A stretch of 64,000 nucleotides of DNA. Origin: Candidatus Izemoplasmatales bacterium (GTDB taxonomy: Bacteria; Bacillota_I; Bacilli_A; Izemoplasmatales; Hujiaoplasmataceae). The notes below the pieces were generated by a model. It worked only from the letters and a program-made list of their open reading frames with translations. It had not been told where the DNA came from and searched no databases. Where the stretch lies: contig JBMNEZ010000001.1 in assembly GCA_050949045.1 (NCBI GenBank), forward strand, positions 1,120,001 through 1,184,000. Direction: 5' to 3'. Position numbers and translations under genes: made by a program. Shown here one piece after another: positions 1 to 9,122 of the stretch (the stretch's first letter is position 1; every line of letters starts with the position of its first letter).

Positions 1-716
1 CTCTCTTCGCACATAGAGGTTTTCATTCTGAAGATAAAAAGATACCTGAAAACTCTCTTTCTGCATTTAATTTAGCGCTAGCCAAAGGCTATGGCATCGA
101 ACTAGATATCAACCTGCTTAAAGACGGTACAGTTGTTGTCTTTCATGACAAGGATCTAAAACGGATGACCGGAGATCAAAGGCTCTTAAAAGATGTCGAC
201 TACGGCGACATCAAGGGGCTGTCTTTGCTCGAAACCGCAGACAAGATCCCTACACTCAAAAAAGTCCTTGCCCTCATAAAAGGCAAAGTGCCCTTGTTAA
301 TCGAACTCAAGCACCACGGTAATTATATCCGGCTGTGTGAGAATTTCGTCAATCTAATCAAAGACTACAAGGGTTTATGGGCAATGCAGTCTTTTCATCC
401 TGCCATTCTCCTTTGGTTCAGAAAAAATCATCCAGAAATCATCAGAGGCCAGATTGCCGAATATTTCCTAGAAGAACATGACATGAAAAAAATCACCAAG
501 TATTTATTGAAGACGCTCAAGTTCAATTTCCTGACAAAGCCGGATTTTATCAACTACGGCCTTCGGGATCTCCCCAACAAGTATTGTGACAAACAACATA
601 GAAAAGGGCTGGTTGTCATCGGTTATTCCGCCAAATCACAAGCAGAGTTTGACAGAGTCACCGAAAGATACGATAACGCCGTCTTTGAATTCTTCGAACC
701 AAAAAGCAGACCTTGA
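1..716 (+). CDS. Glycerophosphodiester phosphodiesterase family protein (5' truncated by window edge)
   Basis: The frame is open from base 3 and reads LFAHRGFH...PENSLSAF...GIELDI...VVFHD..LKRMTG, the GDPD signature, continuing into ORF 165..716 (LLIELK). Confidence 0.9.
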   Translation, partial: LFAHRGFHSEDKKIPENSLSAFNLALAKGYGIELDINLLKDGTVVVFHDKDLKRMTGDQRLLKDVDYGDIKGLSLLETADKIPTLKKVLALIKGKVPLLIELKHHGNYIRLCENFVNLIKDYKGLWAMQSFHPAILLWFRKNHPEIIRGQIAEYFLEEHDMKKITKYLLKTLKFNFLTKPDFINYGLRDLPNKYCDKQHRKGLVVIGYSAKSQAEFDRVTERYDNAVFEFFEPKSRP

Positions 717-733
717 ACTTGGGTCTGCTTTTA
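702..733. terminator. Bidirectional intrinsic terminator between convergent GDPD and MFS genes
   Basis: Hairpin aaaagcagacc...ggtctgctttt with A/T tracts on both sides. Confidence 0.75.
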
Positions 734-766
734 TATTTTGTCGGTTGTTTTTTAATCCATATTTAA

Positions 767-2350
767 TTACGCTTTAGCTTTTCGCTTTTTGATGGCTTTT
801 TTGATCGGCTGTGCATCACCGTGTTTGACCATAAACATAGTGATGAAGGCAATAGCCACGAAGATGGCCGCATAAGGGAACAGGGCTTTTCTGCCGATTG
901 AGTCCATCAGCATCCCCGAAATGATCGGAGTGAGGATCTGGGCCGCCATCGAAAAAGTGTAGTAGTATCCGGTATACTTTCCGACATTGGAATTTTTGCT
1001 GAGTTCGACAACCATCGGATAGGAGTTGACGTTGATCGTCGCCCAGCCGATTCCTGTGAGACCAAAGATGCCATACATCAACCATGCGACCTTCGGGGTC
1101 AGAAAGACCGCGACACCGAAACAGATAGTCAAAATGGTGATGCCGATCAATATCGTCTTCCGTCTGCCGATTTTCGTGGCGACGATGCCGATCGGGATGA
1201 AAGCGACGAGCGCGGTTCCGTAAGCCACCATCAGCGGTAGGGAATAACTCATCTCAAGCACTTTCGGGGCGTAGTCGGCGAATTTGCTGGTAACGGCATT
1301 ATACCCAAAAAACCACAAGAATACCGAAGCGAGGATCAAGTAAAGCGAGAGCTTTTTCTCCTTTGACAATTCCTCTTTCGCTTTTTTCGGGGCTTCTTTC
1401 TCGGTCAGCCCAAATTTAGCCTCGGCAGCCTCTTTTTCCTTAACCAGTTTCGGTTCCTTGACTTTCCATAAGAAGACTCCAAGGAAGATTAGCATCAAGA
1501 CCCCAACAGAAATGAAAGCGGGATAGTATTTGACATAAGAGAGTTTGTCTAGTTTGAATACCATCAACAGCACCAAGACAACCAAGCCGCCGATAGTTCC
1601 CATCAAATTGATGATCGCGTTGGCTTTACTGCGCAAGGGCTTTATGACAACATCCGGCATCAAGGCGACTGCCGGAGAGCGGAAAGTAGCCATAGCGACA
1701 AGAGCGATGAGGAGCACTAAAATGAAGACAACGAGAACTCCGGGATTTTTGGCAGTCAATTGCCACGCCCTTTCACTTAGATAAGTGTAGTAAAAATCCT
1801 TCATGTCTTTCATATCAAACTCGTTGAGACCCTCTGGGTTTTCGTCAAGCAAAGTTTGCATCTTGTCAAATACATTGACAGACCACTCGTCATACTGTTT
1901 CTGTGTGATCGATCCTTCAACGCGCGCGGCGAGCCTCTCGACTGCCATCGCGCCGATGATGACCTGCCATTGGCCGTTGGTCGGATTTTTCCCATGGATA
2001 TTCTCGTAATCCTGGATAATCCGCGTCTCGGTCTCGATTTTCGCTGTTTGATAATTGTCGATAAAAGACATCGAAACAAAAGCAAAGGCAGCGATGATGG
2101 TGCCGATGATGATGAACGGTGTCCTACGTCCCATCTTCGAGTTGGTTTTGTCGGAAATGTGACCAAACAATGGCAACAAGAACAGAGCGAGAATGTTGTC
2201 CAGAGCCATAACCACACCAGACCAAGTCTGGTTCAACCCGAATTTGTCAATCAGAATCTTGGCAATGATGTTGTCATAGGCCTGCCAGAACATGGAGATT
2301 AGAAAAAAGGCAAGACCGACAAAAAAGACTTTCTTATAATCGAGTTTCAT
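767..2350 (-). CDS. MFS sugar transporter (maltose/sucrose SLC45-like) with a large inserted loop
   Basis: About 12 hydrophobic segments; motifs GHISDKTNSKMGRRTPF, ALMPDVV, KIGRRK, GKYTGYYY. Confidence 0.85.
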   Translation of the reverse strand: MKLDYKKVFFVGLAFFLISMFWQAYDNIIAKILIDKFGLNQTWSGVVMALDNILALFLLPLFGHISDKTNSKMGRRTPFIIIGTIIAAFAFVSMSFIDNYQTAKIETETRIIQDYENIHGKNPTNGQWQVIIGAMAVERLAARVEGSITQKQYDEWSVNVFDKMQTLLDENPEGLNEFDMKDMKDFYYTYLSERAWQLTAKNPGVLVVFILVLLIALVAMATFRSPAVALMPDVVIKPLRSKANAIINLMGTIGGLVVLVLLMVFKLDKLSYVKYYPAFISVGVLMLIFLGVFLWKVKEPKLVKEKEAAEAKFGLTEKEAPKKAKEELSKEKKLSLYLILASVFLWFFGYNAVTSKFADYAPKVLEMSYSLPLMVAYGTALVAFIPIGIVATKIGRRKTILIGITILTICFGVAVFLTPKVAWLMYGIFGLTGIGWATINVNSYPMVVELSKNSNVGKYTGYYYTFSMAAQILTPIISGMLMDSIGRKALFPYAAIFVAIAFITMFMVKHGDAQPIKKAIKKRKAKA

Positions 2351-2506
2351 GCTTCACCTCTTCAACGATTTTTTATCATGAACATTATACCATCAATCAA
2401 AGCCGGATTGAATCTAAATCAAGAATTTATTGACGTTTCCGTTCCAATGATGGTTTCTGGTGTGTTTTGAAAATATTATCCAGTCCTTAGAAAATTTATC
2501 ATGGAA

Positions 2507-2543
2507 TAAAAAGCCCAGTGCGGTGGGATCGCAACTGGGTATT
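2507..2543 (-). terminator. Intrinsic terminator
   Basis: Minus strand cccagttgcg...cgcactgggc followed by ttttta, downstream of 2591..3127. Confidence 0.55.
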
Positions 2544-2590
2544 CTTTATTCAATAACAACCAAAAAGATTTATTGACAATTTTGATTTTA

Positions 2591-3127
2591 TCAGGAATAA
2601 ACACGGATCTTGCTGGCGATGTAACGGACGGCCAGTTCGTTGTATTTTGTAACTTTCAAATACAGCGTGAAAATGTCGTTGAGTCCGTATTTAATCTTGA
2701 CCGACAAGGCTTTTCGAAGTCTAAAGAAGAGTCTTAGTCCGATAAAAGCCACCAATGCGGCGATAACATAGTTACCATACTGATAGTAAGGGTAGGCAGG
2801 GATGGCAATCAGATTGGCATAGACAGCGTAGGCACCGGCGATTCCCAAAACAAATAGGATAATCCCGAGAATCCTCGCCCAAACAGGGTTGTGATAATAG
2901 TCGACATAGTACTCAAACTGGTTAATTGCTTTAAGATCTGTCTCATGCATCATTTTTCTTCTGACTCTTCTGCCTCTGTTGGAAGCGATGCCGAACGTGT
3001 AAATGATCAGCCTTTTGTCCGTAAGCATGATCTGACAGAAACTGCCTTTGGCTCTGAGTTTCAGAAAATCCTTCAGAACTTTTTCGTTCGGATCAAGAGT
3101 CACGTTTTTCAAGATGTTGTTTTTCAT
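2591..3127 (-). CDS. Hypothetical membrane protein (2 TM; PH-like LTDKRLII segment)
   Basis: 178-aa ORF with a GGAG-type RBS upstream and two hydrophobic helices. Confidence 0.7.
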   Translation of the reverse strand: MKNNILKNVTLDPNEKVLKDFLKLRAKGSFCQIMLTDKRLIIYTFGIASNRGRRVRRKMMHETDLKAINQFEYYVDYYHNPVWARILGIILFVLGIAGAYAVYANLIAIPAYPYYQYGNYVIAALVAFIGLRLFFRLRKALSVKIKYGLNDIFTLYLKVTKYNELAVRYIASKIRVYS

Positions 3128-3191
3128 CCTTGATACTCCCTATATATTGAATACGATAACATTTTACATTATCATAAGAAATAATGCAAGA

Positions 3192-5903
3192 CTACGAACG
3201 AAAATCCTTTGATTTGGCCTTATTCGTCCTTTTGTCAGGAATGAGCTTTGTCAACTCGCCAAAGATCATCGGCACAAACCCAAGCGCTGCGGCAATGGCC
3301 AGTTCAGCCAAGGTCAAAGCTTCAATTTTGAAAACGTTGGCTATTGGTTGAATGTAGACAAGCAACAGGATCAATGCGGCTGACAAGCCAACAGCGTAGT
3401 TGACAATCTTGTTTTGGAAGGGATTTGACTGGAATATGAATTTTGTTTCCGATCTAGCCGAATATGTTCGGAAAAGTTCTCCGAAAACGACGGTCACAAA
3501 GATCATCGTGCGCGCTTGGGTCAGCGAAGCTCCCGGTATCAGTTTCAACCCGATGTAAAAGCTCGTGAGGGCAGCTAACATCAACCCCATACCCTGAATG
3601 ATGACTTTGATGAGTGTTGCCCGATCAAGGATCTTTTCCTTGGTATCGCGTGGTTTCATATCCATGATATTCGGTTCGCTCTTTTCCATTCCAAGAGCGA
3701 AAGCTGGAAAGGAATCGGTCACTAGATTGATCCAAAGCAGGTGGATTGCCAGCAATGGCAGATGATTGTCAAAAAGATTTCCGAAAATCATCGCCATCAG
3801 GATGATCAGAATCTCCCCAATATTGCAGGAGATAAGATAAATCGTGAATTTGCGGATGTTGCTGTAAATCGTTCTGCCTTCTTCGACCGCACTTACAATT
3901 GAGGCAAAATTATCATCGGTCAAGATCATGTTCGAGGCTTCTTTGGAAACCTCGGTACCGGTGATGCCCATGGCAACACCGATGTCCGCCTGTTTCAAAG
4001 CCGGCGAATCATTGACGCCATCCCCGGTCATTGCGACGACTTCACCATGCTTTTGGAGCACTTCGACAATCCGGATCTTTTCCTTGGGAGTCGAACGTGC
4101 GAAGACATCGCAGTTCAGGATTGCCTTTTCGAATTCTTCGTCGGACATCATTGCCGTATCCTCTCCCGAAAGAGCGATGTGTCCGGGTTTGAGAATATTG
4201 AGTTCGGTTGCGATCGCTTTGGCGGTCGTCAGATGGTCTCCGGTAATCATCATTACGCGGATTCCGGCTTTGTGGCATTTTTCAATCGCCGCCTTAGCCT
4301 CTTTCCGCGGGGGGTCGATCATCGCGGTCAAGCCGACGAATATCAGGTTTTGTTCTTCATCCATCGATTTCGGCTTGTCGGTGACTTTATAGGCATAGCC
4401 GAGAACACGGAAAGCCTGGCTGGAATATTCGTCATTTTTCTCCGAGATCATTTTCCGGTCTTGATCAGTGAGATCCCTCACAATTCCACCGATTCGGATT
4501 CGGTCGCACTTTTTAATCAACTGGTCGAAGGCACCCTTGGTCAGAACAAGGTTCTCATCGCCCACTGAGTTGATTGAAGTCATCATCTTTCTTGTCGAAT
4601 CGAACGGATACTCGTTGAGTTGCGGATAACGTTCATATCTATCCTCGCGAGCATAACCGCATTTTTCAGCTAAAACCAAAAGCGCTCCTTCGGTCGGATC
4701 GCCGATGACCTTGCCGTCTTGAAGGACAGCGTCGTTGCATAAAAGGCAGATCTCTGCGATCCTTTTGATGTTTTCGGTAAGAGGCGCCTTTTTATCATTA
4801 ATCAAGAGGTCACCATTAAGTTCGTAACCGGTTCCGCTGACATCAAACTCGTTGTCGAGATCGAACACCTTTTTGACGGTCATCTCGTTTTGGGTAAGGG
4901 TTCCCGTTTTATCGGAACAAATAACGGTAGCCTGTCCCAGCGTTTCGACTGTCGAAAGGTTTTTGATGATCGCATTGCGCTTGACCATCCTCTGCATGCC
5001 AAGTGCCAACACGACTGTAATAACCGCGGTCAAACCCTCGGGGATTGCGGCCACGGCGAGCGCGATTGCCGTCAGAAAGATTTCGAAGACTTCTAGTCTT
5101 TTAAGAAGCCCTAGTCCAAAAACAACGACAGAGACGCCGATGCAGATGATGCCGAGAACTTTAGCAAATTCATCAATCGTCTTTTGAAGAGGCGTCTTTC
5201 CCTCTTCGACCGCATCGAGCATCGTCGCGATCTTGCCGATTTCGGTGTTCATTCCGGTATCGGTGACAACACCGAATGCCTTCCCGTAAGCTACCAGGGT
5301 CGACATATATGCCAGATTATATCTTTCTGCCAAGACGATTTCACTATCATAGGTAATATTGGCATCCTTTTCAACCGGTTCAGATTCTCCAGTCAGGGCA
5401 GATTCATCAATTTTGAGATTGGTGCTTTCGATGAGCCGGATGTCTGCGCAGACATAATCTCCCGTCTCAAGATAGACGATGTCTCCGGGGACCAATTCCG
5501 CCGAATCGATCTCATTCATCATACCGTCGCGGATGACCTTGGCGTGGGGAGAACTCATCTTTTTGAGCGCTGCCAGCGCATTACTGGCTTTTTGTTCCTG
5601 ATTGACACCAAGAATCGCGTTCAAAATGACTATCGCGAGGATGATGAAGCCGTCCACGAGCCCTTCCTCGCCGATGATTCCCATAATAATCGAGACGAAC
5701 GCGGCAATCAAAAGAATGATGACCAGAAAATCTTTGAACTGATCGAGAAACATCTGGAACAATGTCTTCTTCTTTTTTTCACGCAGTTCATTCTTGCCGT
5801 GTTGCTCTTGAAGTTTTTTGACTTTTTCGCTTGAAAGGCCGTGCTTTCTTGATGTATTTAGTTCCTCAATGACCGCTTTCGCTTCTTTTTGGTAAAACTC
5901 CAT
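3192..5903 (-). CDS. P2A-type cation-transporting ATPase (Ca2+/Mn2+ exporter)
   Basis: TGES, IPEGL, DKTGTLT, KGA, MITGD and TGDGVND motifs; 903 aa. Confidence 0.95.
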   Translation of the reverse strand: MEFYQKEAKAVIEELNTSRKHGLSSEKVKKLQEQHGKNELREKKKKTLFQMFLDQFKDFLVIILLIAAFVSIIMGIIGEEGLVDGFIILAIVILNAILGVNQEQKASNALAALKKMSSPHAKVIRDGMMNEIDSAELVPGDIVYLETGDYVCADIRLIESTNLKIDESALTGESEPVEKDANITYDSEIVLAERYNLAYMSTLVAYGKAFGVVTDTGMNTEIGKIATMLDAVEEGKTPLQKTIDEFAKVLGIICIGVSVVVFGLGLLKRLEVFEIFLTAIALAVAAIPEGLTAVITVVLALGMQRMVKRNAIIKNLSTVETLGQATVICSDKTGTLTQNEMTVKKVFDLDNEFDVSGTGYELNGDLLINDKKAPLTENIKRIAEICLLCNDAVLQDGKVIGDPTEGALLVLAEKCGYAREDRYERYPQLNEYPFDSTRKMMTSINSVGDENLVLTKGAFDQLIKKCDRIRIGGIVRDLTDQDRKMISEKNDEYSSQAFRVLGYAYKVTDKPKSMDEEQNLIFVGLTAMIDPPRKEAKAAIEKCHKAGIRVMMITGDHLTTAKAIATELNILKPGHIALSGEDTAMMSDEEFEKAILNCDVFARSTPKEKIRIVEVLQKHGEVVAMTGDGVNDSPALKQADIGVAMGITGTEVSKEASNMILTDDNFASIVSAVEEGRTIYSNIRKFTIYLISCNIGEILIILMAMIFGNLFDNHLPLLAIHLLWINLVTDSFPAFALGMEKSEPNIMDMKPRDTKEKILDRATLIKVIIQGMGLMLAALTSFYIGLKLIPGASLTQARTMIFVTVVFGELFRTYSARSETKFIFQSNPFQNKIVNYAVGLSAALILLLVYIQPIANVFKIEALTLAELAIAAALGFVPMIFGELTKLIPDKRTNKAKSKDFRS

Positions 5904-5931
5904 CGGTATCCTCGCACCTCACATTCTTTTT

Positions 5932-5970
5932 AAAAAAACAGACCTATGCACAAACCCAGTGCATAAGTCT
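5932..5970 (-). terminator. Riboswitch expression-platform terminator
   Basis: Minus strand agacttatgcac-loop-gtgcataggtct followed by gttttttt; the 5' arm overlaps the 3' strand of aptamer P1. Confidence 0.8.
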
Positions 5971-6045
5971 TGCCGTTACGATTAAATCAGGCTTGCGTCC
6001 ATGTATGTTGATTTAATCACAATCTTCCGCCGGCTACTCCTTATG
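5962..6045 (-). promoter_or_regulatory. yybP-ykoY (Mn2+) riboswitch aptamer
   Basis: Minus strand cataaGGAGTAGCcg...gattaaatCAACATAC...gatttaatc...GGCAAGACttatg, matching the L1/L3 motifs and P1/P3 pairing; lies upstream of a P-type ATPase. Confidence 0.85.
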
Positions 6046-6054
6046 TCAGTAATT

Positions 6055-6083
6055 ATGATATCTCAGTTTTCATCAGTTGTCAA
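6055..6083 (-). promoter_or_regulatory. Sigma-70/A promoter for riboswitch-ATPase transcript
   Basis: TTGACA-17 nt-TATCAT, about 10 nt upstream of the aptamer. Confidence 0.75.
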
Positions 6084-6485
6084 TCCGTTATTGATTTCCC
6101 TAAGGAAATCTAGGACTGGAAAAAACCTCTTTTTTTGACCCTTGCAATTAGCGATTCTATAATGGCGCAAGCAAGCCCAAAAAGATCCTCGTCAAAGATC
6201 GACATCAAGGTTTGAACAAAGTCTATAAAATCGATTATCAGAGATGTTTTATAACCTTTAACAGCATGTCGCAAAATGATATACAAAGCTGTATTTTCGC
6301 TAAAATCAGTGATTTCCCCGTTATTAAATTATAGAAACCGAATGAGGCTTTAGTCACTTTGGCAAAATAATAGTCTTCAAAAATCACCACACAAAATATT
6401 TCAAAATCAAGGATCAAGCCAAACACCTTTCAAGGTTGTCTATTAGTGTCAACAAAGTAACAATCAGTCTAGAAAACCCAACTAA

Positions 6486-8150
6486 TCAACGGATCAGCCT
6501 TCTCTTTTTCGTTAAGATCAGCCAAATGGCATTTGACAATACCAAGAGAACGGACAAACTGCAGATTGGCGCTGCTTTTTTCAATTTGGCCCAGAAACTG
6601 TCATCGACAATGCCGGGTTTGGGGTTGTCAATGATTAATTTCGCAGTGCGATTGATGACCCTGATTTCAAAATTTTTCTCGTACGCCGGCTGTGACTCAG
6701 GTTCGATATTCAATAACAGATGATAGATTCCAGGTGTCGAAGCATGGCCAGTATATGAATCATAATTGACATAAAATCGGTATTTTTCGACTGTGCTTAA
6801 TTCTCCGGTTGCCTTTAACAGGACAGCGACATCGCCGAGAGAAAGAACCATGTCATTATAGACTTGGATGACAGCCATATCAAAATAGACCAACGGACCG
6901 ATTTCATCGATAACGGTTATCGTGACAGTCTTAGTGGATTCGTTTCCGCTTGAATCGGTCACCGAGAAACGCATCTGATGATTCCCCAGTGTTCCACTGT
7001 TCTCCGTGTAGTCATCGAAGACAAGCGACAGCGAATCTGACAGGTCTCCATCATAGTCGTCAATGACGGACAATCCTTGTTTTACAATCGTTGGAACAAT
7101 GAGATAGTCATACCCAACGCTGATGGAGTCAGTGCCGGTGATGATCGGTGCGGTCTCATCCACAACTTCGACATTGATGGTTGTCTCCGTCCAGTTTCCA
7201 CTAGAGTCCTCAACGCCAAAGACCATTTCATAGACACCGATCTGGTTTTTGTTCGGCGTGTATTCATCGCTTACTAGTTCGATGTCCATTGATATATCGC
7301 CATCATAATTGTCGCTCGCACTAAGCATCATCCTGATTGCTTCGGGAGAATAAGCGGAGGGGTAAACTGCTTTGATTGTCTCCTGAGGCGAAAACACCGG
7401 CTTGACGGCATCAACGACAACGATCTGAATTACAATCTCGGTCTCGTTGCCGCTGGAATCAGAAACAGCGAAAGTAGCGTCATATTCTCCAAGCGTACTT
7501 GCATTTGGTGTGTAATTGTCGCTGACGAGCGTGATCGCCGCCGAGACATCGCCGTCGATAGCGTCATAGGCATTGAGGGCGCTTTTGATCTCATTGATCG
7601 ATATCGGCGTGTCGACATATGATATGACGGTGCCGGCATTTTGAAAATATGGAGCGGTGATATCGATCAGCGATCCTTCCAAATATTCCTCGTATCCGTC
7701 ATATGAAGACCCTTCTTCCAACATGAAATCCTGAAGTTTTGGCGAGCCGGATGAAAAATAACCACGATCGGTATGAAATTTGATAGCCATGTAGTTGGTG
7801 TCCGAATCGGTCGAGAAAACGTGGTAGAAGGCATTATAATCGCTTAAACTCGAAAAATCGTCAAAACTAAGATTGATGGTATCGTTCAGTTCAAGATTGT
7901 TATACAACTCGATGATCACTTCGACATTTTCGTTTTCATAATAGCTTCGCGAAATGCTTAGGATATATTCCGTAAACGGTTTGACCAAAAAAGACTCAAT
8001 AGAGAGAAAATATTCGCCTTCCAGATGGAAGTTGTCTTCTGAAAGATAGTTGTCCCCTCCGGGAAGATAATGTGGAGAATAGGCCTTCACTTCGTTGCTA
8101 CAAAGAAATAAACAGATAATAAAAACAACGATCACTGTCGTTTTGCGCAT
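6486..8150 (-). CDS. Secreted, C-terminally membrane-anchored surface protein with three Ig-like (DUF5011-type) repeats
   Basis: Signal peptide MRKTTVIVVF...VKA; three ~85-aa repeats (A.D..DGD.S...Y..N....G.Y...F.V.DSSGN); C-terminal TM plus KKRR. Start placed at the ATG after AAAGGCGGTGG. Confidence 0.8.
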   Translation of the reverse strand: MRKTTVIVVFIICLFLCSNEVKAYSPHYLPGGDNYLSEDNFHLEGEYFLSIESFLVKPFTEYILSISRSYYENENVEVIIELYNNLELNDTINLSFDDFSSLSDYNAFYHVFSTDSDTNYMAIKFHTDRGYFSSGSPKLQDFMLEEGSSYDGYEEYLEGSLIDITAPYFQNAGTVISYVDTPISINEIKSALNAYDAIDGDVSAAITLVSDNYTPNASTLGEYDATFAVSDSSGNETEIVIQIVVVDAVKPVFSPQETIKAVYPSAYSPEAIRMMLSASDNYDGDISMDIELVSDEYTPNKNQIGVYEMVFGVEDSSGNWTETTINVEVVDETAPIITGTDSISVGYDYLIVPTIVKQGLSVIDDYDGDLSDSLSLVFDDYTENSGTLGNHQMRFSVTDSSGNESTKTVTITVIDEIGPLVYFDMAVIQVYNDMVLSLGDVAVLLKATGELSTVEKYRFYVNYDSYTGHASTPGIYHLLLNIEPESQPAYEKNFEIRVINRTAKLIIDNPKPGIVDDSFWAKLKKAAPICSLSVLLVLSNAIWLILTKKRRLIR

Positions 8151-8303
8151 ACTGCCACCGCCTTTTGCCAACATATTACGCGGGTTTGGTCGTCAATTCT
8201 TGAAAGAAGTATTACAATCGATGGTTTTATCTAAAAACGTTATCATCCATTTGCTCGGAAATATGATAAAATACAAGCATAATAATCACCCAAGGAGGCG
8301 CGT

Positions 8304-9095
8304 ATGAAAGTCCAAAACAAAGTTATTGCCGTCACCGGTGGCGGCAATGGTATCGGTCGAGAGTTGGTGCTTCAACTCTTGCAAAAAGGTGCGCGCGTAG
8401 CCGCCGTCGACATCAGCGGAAGCGCACTCAAAGAAACAGCCAAGCTTGCCGGAACATTTAAAAAACAATTATCAACTCATGTGATCGATATAACCGACAA
8501 TCCTTCCGTGATGTCATTGCCCGAAGCAATCATCAAAGTTCATGGAGATATTGACGGTATCATCAACAATGCCGGCATCATCCAGCCTTTCATTCCCGTC
8601 AATGATCTCGATTTTGCCAAAATCAACAAGGTCATGGATATCAATTTCTTTGGAACATTGAGCATGGTCAAGGCTTTTCTGCCGTTTCTATTGAAACGCC
8701 CGGTTGCCCATATCGTCAACGTCTCCAGTATGGGCGGCTTTCTGCCTGTGCCCGGTCAATCGGTCTACGGAGCCTCAAAAGCGGCAGTTAAACTATTGAC
8801 CGAAGGACTGTACGGAGAACTATTGAATACAAATGTGAGGGTTACGGTCGTCTTTCCCGGAGGCATTGAGACTAATATCATGAAAAATTCTGGTGTCGAG
8901 ACTGCCGTGCATGCACAGGACAAGCATTCAAAATATAAGATGACGTCCCCACAAAAAGCAGCTGAATTGATCATTGCGGGCATGGAAAAAGACAAATATC
9001 GGGTTTTGGTCGGAAACGATGCCAAGTTTATGGACTTTTTATGCCGACTCGCTCCCAAAAAAGCTGCCGCGCTGATCGCCAAAAAACTTGGATAA
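8304..9095 (+). CDS. Short-chain dehydrogenase/reductase
   Basis: TGGGNGIG, NNAG and YGASK motifs; AAGGAGG RBS. Confidence 0.92.
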   Translation: MKVQNKVIAVTGGGNGIGRELVLQLLQKGARVAAVDISGSALKETAKLAGTFKKQLSTHVIDITDNPSVMSLPEAIIKVHGDIDGIINNAGIIQPFIPVNDLDFAKINKVMDINFFGTLSMVKAFLPFLLKRPVAHIVNVSSMGGFLPVPGQSVYGASKAAVKLLTEGLYGELLNTNVRVTVVFPGGIETNIMKNSGVETAVHAQDKHSKYKMTSPQKAAELIIAGMEKDKYRVLVGNDAKFMDFLCRLAPKKAAALIAKKLG

Positions 9096-9122
9096 CACAT
9101 AAAACTGACTAGGAGAATCAAT

